This document shows, in pieces, positions 63,203 to 64,000 of a stretch of 64,000 nucleotides of DNA. The DNA is taken from NCBI GenBank assembly GCA_021372515.1, contig JAJFUG010000072.1:379-64378 (forward strand). The letters run 5' to 3'. Source of the stretch: a bacterium (GTDB lineage: Bacteria > Gemmatimonadota > Glassbacteria > GWA2-58-10). Position 1 is the first letter of the stretch. Every line of letters starts with the position of its first letter. The notes beneath the pieces are model-generated. The model made no database searches. It saw only the letters and a program-made list of their open reading frames with translations, and had not been told where the DNA came from. The position numbers and the translations under genes were made by a program.

Positions 63203-64000
63203 TTAGAACCGCGCCGACTTGCCCGCCATCACACATTCGGCGATGCGGATCGACTGCAGGCACTCGGCCAGCGAGGGCGAGGGTGTCGCTCCCTTGAGCA
63301 GGCAGTCGATGAAATGCTGGCTCTCGCCCAGGAAACCGGTCACCTCGGCCGGGTCGCCGGGAGGGAACACTCGGCTGTCCTGCACGAAATGCCGGTCCCG
63401 TCCGTTGTAGTGTAGGAGGCGTCCCGGGTAGTCCACGGTCCAGTCCAGGGGGCATTCCAGGATCGTGGTGGCCCCGTGGGCGTGAACTGTGTAGCGCTCC
63501 AGGGCCAGGCCGGCCTCGGGCAGGACAGTCAGCCGTCCGTGCGCCCCGGAACGGTAGCTGTAATCGACGAAATAGGAGGGCCGCACATTGCCGGCCAGCT
63601 CCAGCTTGCGCACCTCCACGGCCGAGACATCGCCACCCAGGAAACGCAGGGTGTCGATGGCGTGCACGGCGGTGCTGTAGCCGAAATCGGCATCCGTGCG
63701 CCCGCAGCGCAGCATCTGGCCCTCGACGGCGTGCAGCGCCGGGGCGCCCGGGGCGCTGATTATTTCCTTGAGCCGCTGCACAAGGGGGATGAACCTGCGG
63801 TTAAGCGCCACCACATGAGTCAGTTTCTTTTTCTCAACCGCCTCGATCAGGCGTTCGACATCCGCGCTGCCGAGCCCCGGGGGCTTCTCCAGCAGCAGCG
63901 GTATCTCGCGGTCGATGAACTTGAGCGCGACCTCCGGGATCACCGCCGGCGGCACCAGGACCCAGACAGCGTCCAGCTTCTCTTTCTTCAGCATTTCATC
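63203..64000 (-). CDS. Gfo/Idh/MocA-family oxidoreductase; partial, with the N-terminal Rossmann part beyond the window end.
   Basis: The track ORF 63203..63994 begins at an internal Met and its frame stays open to the window edge. The C-terminal dimerisation-domain-like sequence and the alpha/beta segment EKLDAVWVLVPPAVIPEVALKFI are visible. Confidence 0.65.
   Translation of the reverse strand, partial: DEMLKKEKLDAVWVLVPPAVIPEVALKFIDREIPLLLEKPPGLGSADVERLIEAVEKKKLTHVVALNRRFIPLVQRLKEIISAPGAPALHAVEGQMLRCGRTDADFGYSTAVHAIDTLRFLGGDVSAVEVRKLELAGNVRPSYFVDYSYRSGAHGRLTVLPEAGLALERYTVHAHGATTILECPLDWTVDYPGRLLHYNGRDRHFVQDSRVFPPGDPAEVTGFLGESQHFIDCLLKGATPSPSLAECLQSIRIAECVMAGKSARF

Overview
This 64 kb window is high-GC (roughly 65%) bacterial chromosomal DNA that is densely coding, with about 55 protein genes on both strands. 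I found no rRNA or tRNA genes, CRISPR arrays, transposases, integrases or obvious prophage genes. Most long ORFs in the six-frame track that lie antisense to these genes have the Val/Gly/Arg/Ala/His-rich composition typical of antisense reading of GC-rich DNA, and I rejected them. The main gene content is as follows.

- **Envelope/transport operon (positions 1-8.5 kb):** GldA/GldF/GldG-like ABC transporter, DUF4340 protein and two small secreted/anchored proteins.
- **Stress and modification genes:** a CspA-family cold-shock gene, a TylF-family O-methyltransferase, and a KamA-family radical SAM protein with a long N-terminal extension.
- **Cell-envelope/EPS locus:** dacB, a GT39-like membrane glycosyltransferase, wza-like and wzz-like genes, followed by a sigma-54-dependent NtrC-type response regulator and a hybrid histidine kinase.
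- **Heat-shock cluster:** clpB, an FmdB zinc-ribbon protein, and groES-groEL preceded by a perfect CIRCE element; grpE sits separately, divergent from rpoZ.
- **NfeD-SPFH operon** with a translationally coupled N-acetylglutamate-synthase-like third gene.
- **Secreted and surface proteins:** a beta-helix protein with a DNRLRE/CBM-like N-terminus and a dockerin-like C-terminus, an FGE-family lipoprotein, and a 993-aa protein carrying about fourteen 47-aa repeats and a T9SS-type C-terminal sorting domain.
- **A LOG-family four-gene operon**, two tandem alkaline phosphatase paralogs, two TAT-signal xylose-isomerase-like TIM-barrel proteins, and korAB.
- **serA**, and a protein with a disordered RGG/Gln-rich N-terminus, a receiver-like domain and a C-terminal zinc ribbon.

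Between convergent genes the spacers carry two recurring families of GC-rich palindromes, GGCACGG-N4/6-CCGTGCC and AGGGGCGGG-N-CCCGCCCCT, that look like (bidirectional) intrinsic terminators. Coordinates taken from the ORF track are exact. Coordinates I derived by hand may be off by about 2 nt.
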